From contig CBDDPY010000002.1 of the NCBI GenBank assembly GCA_965232515.1, positions 4,160,001 to 4,224,000 on the forward strand: a stretch of DNA of 64,000 nt, in the 5' to 3' direction. Positions 59,593 to 64,000 of this stretch are shown one piece after another. Under the pieces are notes generated by a model. That model did no database searches, was not told the DNA's origin, and saw nothing but the letters and a program-made list of their open reading frames with translations. How positions within the stretch are numbered: the first letter of the stretch is position 1; the number at the start of each line of letters is the position of its first letter. The position numbers and the translations under genes are program-made. This DNA is from Alphaproteobacteria bacterium (GTDB lineage Bacteria; Pseudomonadota; Alphaproteobacteria; GCA-2731375).

Positions 59593-60678
59593 TCAGCCGC
59601 GGACGGGCTGTCCCGCGATCAGGTCGTTGAACAGGGTGCGATAGCGTTTGGCGATTTCGCGCCAGTCGTAACGTTCGCGCACGATTGTGGGAATCTGTTG
59701 CGGGTCGCGGACGTGGAGCTTTCCGTCGAGGAAAGCCTCGAGGCGCGCGTGGCATTGCCCGGCGCCGTCATAGACGAGCGCGGTCTCGTCCGGGACCACG
59801 GCGTCGGCGATGCCCTCGATGGCGCTGGTCAGCACCGGCAAACCCCAGGCGCCCGCCTCGATGGCGACGATGCCGAAACCCTCGGCGTCGCCCGGCACGT
59901 GGATGTTCGGCATCACGTAGAGATCGCCGTATTTGTAGAAGGCGTCGCGGTCGGGAAAATCGAGCGGCCCGAGCAAGACGATCCGGTCCCTGGCCGGCGA
60001 TTGCCGGATCGCATCCTCGACCAGGTGCCGTTCCTTACCCGAGCCGATGATGAAATAGCGGTAATCGGTGCGAGCCACCGCCGACAGCACCTCGCGCACG
60101 AACCATTCCACGCCTTTGCGCTTGGTGAAGTTGCCGATGGTAAAGAGCACCCGCTCGCCGGACGCGACGGCATAGCGTTCGCGCCAGGTCGCCTCGTCCA
60201 ACGCCTGGTCGTAGAAGGCCTCGAAATCGATGCCGTTCGGGATCACGTCGATGCGGCTCGGATCAATGCCGCGGGCGATGCAGACGTCGCGCGTGTAGCT
60301 GCTGACGCAAACCACGTGATCGAGCCGGCGTACGGCCGGCGGGATCAGCCGGCGGTAGAGCCAATGCTCGCGCGTCATGTCGAGGCCGTGGATGGTGATC
60401 GAGACCGGCCGGCGCGAGATCCACTTCAGCGCCAGCGCCACGGGCGCCAGCATGCCGTCGCCGAAATGCACCAGCCGGCAGCCCCAGACCGCGCCCAGCG
60501 CCCGGAAAAAGGCAATGACGGCGAAGATCGGGATCTGCTTCTTGCTGCCCTTGTGCGCGATCAGCCGGATCCGGAAGAACGGCGCAATGTTTTGAACCAG
60601 ATCGTGGCAATAGCGCGCCATGCCGCCGGTATGCGGCGGATAGTCCTTGGTGATGAACAGAATGCCGGGCTTGTCCAA
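59593..60678 (-). CDS. GT4 glycosyltransferase (PimB-like)
   Basis: DYPPHTGGM, HGLD, PNGI, EGFGIVAIEA; TTG start inferred. Confidence 0.88.
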   Translation of the reverse strand: MDKPGILFITKDYPPHTGGMARYCHDLVQNIAPFFRIRLIAHKGSKKQIPIFAVIAFFRALGAVWGCRLVHFGDGMLAPVALALKWISRRPVSITIHGLDMTREHWLYRRLIPPAVRRLDHVVCVSSYTRDVCIARGIDPSRIDVIPNGIDFEAFYDQALDEATWRERYAVASGERVLFTIGNFTKRKGVEWFVREVLSAVARTDYRYFIIGSGKERHLVEDAIRQSPARDRIVLLGPLDFPDRDAFYKYGDLYVMPNIHVPGDAEGFGIVAIEAGAWGLPVLTSAIEGIADAVVPDETALVYDGAGQCHARLEAFLDGKLHVRDPQQIPTIVRERYDWREIAKRYRTLFNDLIAGQPVRG

Positions 60679-60682
60679 GACG

Positions 60683-61723
60683 TCAGGCCCCGCCGCCGTG
60701 CATGGCTTCGACGGTCTCGACCATGGCGGCGGTGAGATCGATCTTCTCGGACAGCAGCTTCTCCTGCCGCGCCTTGGCGTCGGCCTTGACGTCGTCGAGC
60801 GCCAGCAGCTCGTCGAGGCGGGCGAGCGCGCGGTCCTCGTCGCTGGCGGTGAAGTAGTGCGCGAGGCCGTAGCGCTGCTCGATCTCGTCGATGACGCCCC
60901 GGCCGGAGCGCGAGACGAAGATCGCGTGGCTGCCGAGCAGGCAGGCCTCCTCGGCCATGGTCGCGCTCTCGCCGACGAACAGCCGGCAATAGGCCAGGAG
61001 GTGATGCATCTTCTCGACCGGCACCTTGGCGCAGTAGTGCTGGAACTCGGCCGGCACCGCGCCCTCAACCGAGAGGATCATCTGGCCCTCGCGCGCCAGC
61101 CGCTCGATCAGGCGGCGCTTGCCGCTGTCCGAGAAGCCGGTCTCGCCGACATCGTGGACGGATTCCCAGGCGACGAAGCGAACGACGAAAAAGGGTTTGT
61201 CCGGGCTCAGATCGAGCTTGGCCAGCACCGCCGGATCGGGCGTGAAGCGGTTGGGATGCAGATAGGCAAGCCCGTGAAAGCCCTCGTAGCGGCGGTGCGC
61301 CCGGCCCATGTCACCCACAAAGGACACCGGCGTCATATAGGCGTCGCAGAGCCGCGAGACCACGGCGTTGACGATGCGCGCGGTCTCGTTGTCGTAGTAG
61401 ACGATGGTCTTGGCCTTCATGAAGCGCCCGGCGATGGCGATCGCCGGGCCCATGCAGCCGATCATGAAATCGGGCTTGAACGACCGTGAGAGGCGCCAGA
61501 CGGCCCAGGCACGCCGCGCCAGCTCGGTCACCATGCTGACGGCGCCCTTGCGCTGCACGCTCAAGGTGCGATGCGGGATGCCGAAGGCCTGCAGCAACTC
61601 GACGGCGATGTCCTTCTCGCGCGCCGTCACCAGCACCTCGTGGCCGCGCGCCTGCATCTCGTCGATGAAGGCGCGAAACAGATGCACATGCGCGGGGTGC
61701 AGGATGTCGACCAGCAAACGCAT
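60683..61723 (-). CDS. DUF354 family GT-B fold protein
   Basis: DILHPAHVHLF, AYLHPNRFTP, VRFVAW..HD, GESATMAEEA. Confidence 0.85.
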   Translation of the reverse strand: MRLLVDILHPAHVHLFRAFIDEMQARGHEVLVTAREKDIAVELLQAFGIPHRTLSVQRKGAVSMVTELARRAWAVWRLSRSFKPDFMIGCMGPAIAIAGRFMKAKTIVYYDNETARIVNAVVSRLCDAYMTPVSFVGDMGRAHRRYEGFHGLAYLHPNRFTPDPAVLAKLDLSPDKPFFVVRFVAWESVHDVGETGFSDSGKRRLIERLAREGQMILSVEGAVPAEFQHYCAKVPVEKMHHLLAYCRLFVGESATMAEEACLLGSHAIFVSRSGRGVIDEIEQRYGLAHYFTASDEDRALARLDELLALDDVKADAKARQEKLLSEKIDLTAAMVETVEAMHGGGA

Positions 61724-61741
61724 TGGATACCGTCGTGTCAG

Positions 61742-62308
61742 CTAAGCGCCGCCGGCGCGCCGCAGAACGACAAGCTGATTGCAGCCCAACTCGAAGGTCG
61801 AATAGCGCTCGACCCGAAGATCGAATTCGTTGGCCAGGATTTCGAACCGCTTGCGGTTGTAGATGACAATATGGTCGTCCGCCGCCGACTTCGCGAACAG
61901 ACCCACCGCGGCGCCAAGACGATGCACGATATCGTTGCCGAACGGCGTCGGCGTGGTGACGACAATGCGGCCCTGCGGCTTCAGGCACTTGATAGCCTGC
62001 TCGAACAGATGACGCTGGTTGAAGATGTGCTCGATCAACGCGATCATCACCACCGTGTCGAACCTGTCATCCAGACCGAACCCCTCGATGTCGACATTCA
62101 GCGCGAAAAACTGCGAGTCGGGAAATTTCTGCTTCAGCTTTTCGACATTCGACGGGTTGTAGTCGATGCCGACATACCGGGAGATATTCTCGCCGCCCCA
62201 GATCTTGGTGTCGCCCGGTCCGCAACCGAGGTCCAGAACATCGCCGCGAATATACGGCCGCGCCTGCTTCATGCGCGCATCGCGAATATAGCCGGATAAC
62301 AAGCCCAT
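61742..62308 (-). CDS. Class I SAM-dependent methyltransferase
   Basis: VLDLGCG, ALIEHI, LKPQG..TTP. Confidence 0.87.
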   Translation of the reverse strand: MGLLSGYIRDARMKQARPYIRGDVLDLGCGPGDTKIWGGENISRYVGIDYNPSNVEKLKQKFPDSQFFALNVDIEGFGLDDRFDTVVMIALIEHIFNQRHLFEQAIKCLKPQGRIVVTTPTPFGNDIVHRLGAAVGLFAKSAADDHIVIYNRKRFEILANEFDLRVERYSTFELGCNQLVVLRRAGGA

Positions 62309-62346
62309 GGGATTACGCGTTCCTGTGGTTGGCCGGACGCGGCGGA

Positions 62347-63861
62347 TCAGCCGGCGCCGCCGGGGACGCGGTAAACCACCGCGGGCGGGTTCGGGCGCGA
62401 CAGGCGCGTGACGATGCCGGGCGGCAACACGCGATCGACCTGCAGCGCCGACAGCAGGATACCCAGCACCCGCGGCGGCGGGTCGATGCGCGCGACCTCC
62501 GGCCAATCGGCCCCGGGCTCGTACAGCGCCGGATCGAAGGCGGCGCGCTGATGCGCCCGGCCGGTCTTGGCGTTCTTGGGATAGTGGAAGAACAGACTGC
62601 CGGCGGGCGGCGGCTCGGGCCGCACCAGCGCCTCGTCGGCCGCCGCCCAGTCCAGGAAACGGTCGGCTTTTCGGGCCGTGCGCGGATCGGTATAGACCGC
62701 CTCGCTGGCACCCGCGACATAGCCGGCGAGCGCGCGTTCGCCAAACAGCGGATCGCGGTTCTCGACCATCAGGCAGAGCACGTTCGTGGCCACCAGGCCG
62801 GCCGCGACCAGACCGGCAAAGATCCGGGAGAAGCCCGGCAGCACCAGCACCAGCCAGACCGTGACCAGGACCACGCTGACGTAGGTCATGGCACTGAAGT
62901 ACCGCGGCAGCGGCCGGATCGACCCGCTGTAACCGATCCAGAGGAACCAGACCAGCGCGAAGCCGGCGAGCAGGCGGACGGTCCGCCGTTGCTGGTCGCT
63001 GAGACGCTGACTGCGGGCGGCCATCCAGGCGGCCGGGACGGCGAGGAAATACAGCAGGCCGAATTCCTGGTTCACGAGCAGCGCCAGCAGCGGCGCGATC
63101 AGGCGGTTGTCGCTGATATTCCCGCTGCCGCCGAGATGCGCGCCCGTGAGCGTGCCGATGTTGGCCACCGACGTGTGGGTGCCGAAGGCCGCCGTCAGCC
63201 GATGCAGCGGATCCCCGGTCATAATCACGTTGTAGAGCGTGTCGACGCCGACCACGACGGCGACGCCGGCGGCCATCACCCAATACAGCCGGCGCGGATG
63301 CAGGCTGCCGAGCAGGAACAGGATGGCGTAGAAGATGATCAGGCCGCCGCTGGTCAGCCGCGTCAGCAGCGCCATGCCGGCGGCGAGACCGGCGACGAAC
63401 AGCCAGGTCTTGGCCTTGGGCGACCCGGCCGCGGCCAGGAACAGCCATAGCGAAGCGGCGCAGAAGAAGACCTCGATGACGTCGACGCCGGCAATGGTCG
63501 CCTGCACCGCGAACAGCGGGGTCAGCAGCAACAGCGCCGTGCCGGCAAGCCCGACGCCCGTACCGAAGAAGCGCCGCAGGAAGACATAGCTGACCAGGAG
63601 CAGGCCCAGGAAATAGGCCGTTGTCACAGCCACGGTGTAAACCTCGGCGGCGCCGAACAGGCCGATCACGCCGGCGAGCGGCAGCACCAGGGTCAGCCGG
63701 TTCGACCAGTGGCTGTTGCCGACGACGGGCGCCTCGGTCAGCCACTTCTCGGCGGCGTTGAGGTAGATCTGGTCGTCGCTGCCGATATGGCCGACCCAGG
63801 CGAAAGACAAAACGGCGAAGCAGAGCAGCGCCAGGAACACTAGATTGGCCGTATCGCGCAT
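62347..63861 (-). CDS. GT-C (ArnT/PMT_2, GT39/83-like) membrane glycosyltransferase
   Basis: First-loop DD..Y, more than 10 TM, LPRYF, periplasmic C-terminal domain. Confidence 0.78.
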   Translation of the reverse strand: MRDTANLVFLALLCFAVLSFAWVGHIGSDDQIYLNAAEKWLTEAPVVGNSHWSNRLTLVLPLAGVIGLFGAAEVYTVAVTTAYFLGLLLVSYVFLRRFFGTGVGLAGTALLLLTPLFAVQATIAGVDVIEVFFCAASLWLFLAAAGSPKAKTWLFVAGLAAGMALLTRLTSGGLIIFYAILFLLGSLHPRRLYWVMAAGVAVVVGVDTLYNVIMTGDPLHRLTAAFGTHTSVANIGTLTGAHLGGSGNISDNRLIAPLLALLVNQEFGLLYFLAVPAAWMAARSQRLSDQQRRTVRLLAGFALVWFLWIGYSGSIRPLPRYFSAMTYVSVVLVTVWLVLVLPGFSRIFAGLVAAGLVATNVLCLMVENRDPLFGERALAGYVAGASEAVYTDPRTARKADRFLDWAAADEALVRPEPPPAGSLFFHYPKNAKTGRAHQRAAFDPALYEPGADWPEVARIDPPPRVLGILLSALQVDRVLPPGIVTRLSRPNPPAVVYRVPGGAG

Positions 63862-64000
63862 GAACTCAATCGCCCCCTGATCGTCGGCCGACCCGCTGGC
63901 CCGGCCGAATCGCATCACCGGAATCGCCGGATACTTACCAGCCGGCCGACCCGAACGGAAGCGATCAAAGACTGAAGATCTTAACGAAACGTCGCCGCCC

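Overview
High-GC alphaproteobacterial chromosome segment, judged from mipZ, the hemC-hemD-mic60-hemY-like cluster and intergenic GANTC sites. (i) 1-10.5 kb: partial mscS, small secreted proteins, a probable structured sRNA, and a TRAP/Zn-ADH/IclR/PhyH catabolic cluster. (ii) 10.5-15 kb: a convergent cluster of a hypothetical protein plus MipZ facing an orphan ParA and a membrane-anchored Ig/SPOR partner, with YGAKTCG (GcrA/CcrM-type) motifs in all three upstream regions. (iii) 15-27 kb: DMT transporters, class III aminotransferase, TauD, a racemase-fold protein, tRNA-Thr(CGT), hemCD-mic60-hemY-like and tsaD. (iv) 27-64 kb: a surface-glycan locus of at least 37 kb with duplicated modules (2 flippases, 2 pyruvyltransferases, 2 QueC-like PP-loop proteins, 4 related GT2s, paired GT4s), six PAPS-dependent sulfotransferases and six methyltransferases. 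The best candidate for an undescribed system is a translationally coupled four-gene operon at 46.3-49.4 kb: periplasmic aryl-sulfate sulfotransferase, small AxA|Y-I-G-P-G membrane peptide, small membrane protein and PAPS sulfotransferase. It could be a tyrosine-based trans-membrane sulfate relay. All calls come from motif recognition by eye; no database searches were run.
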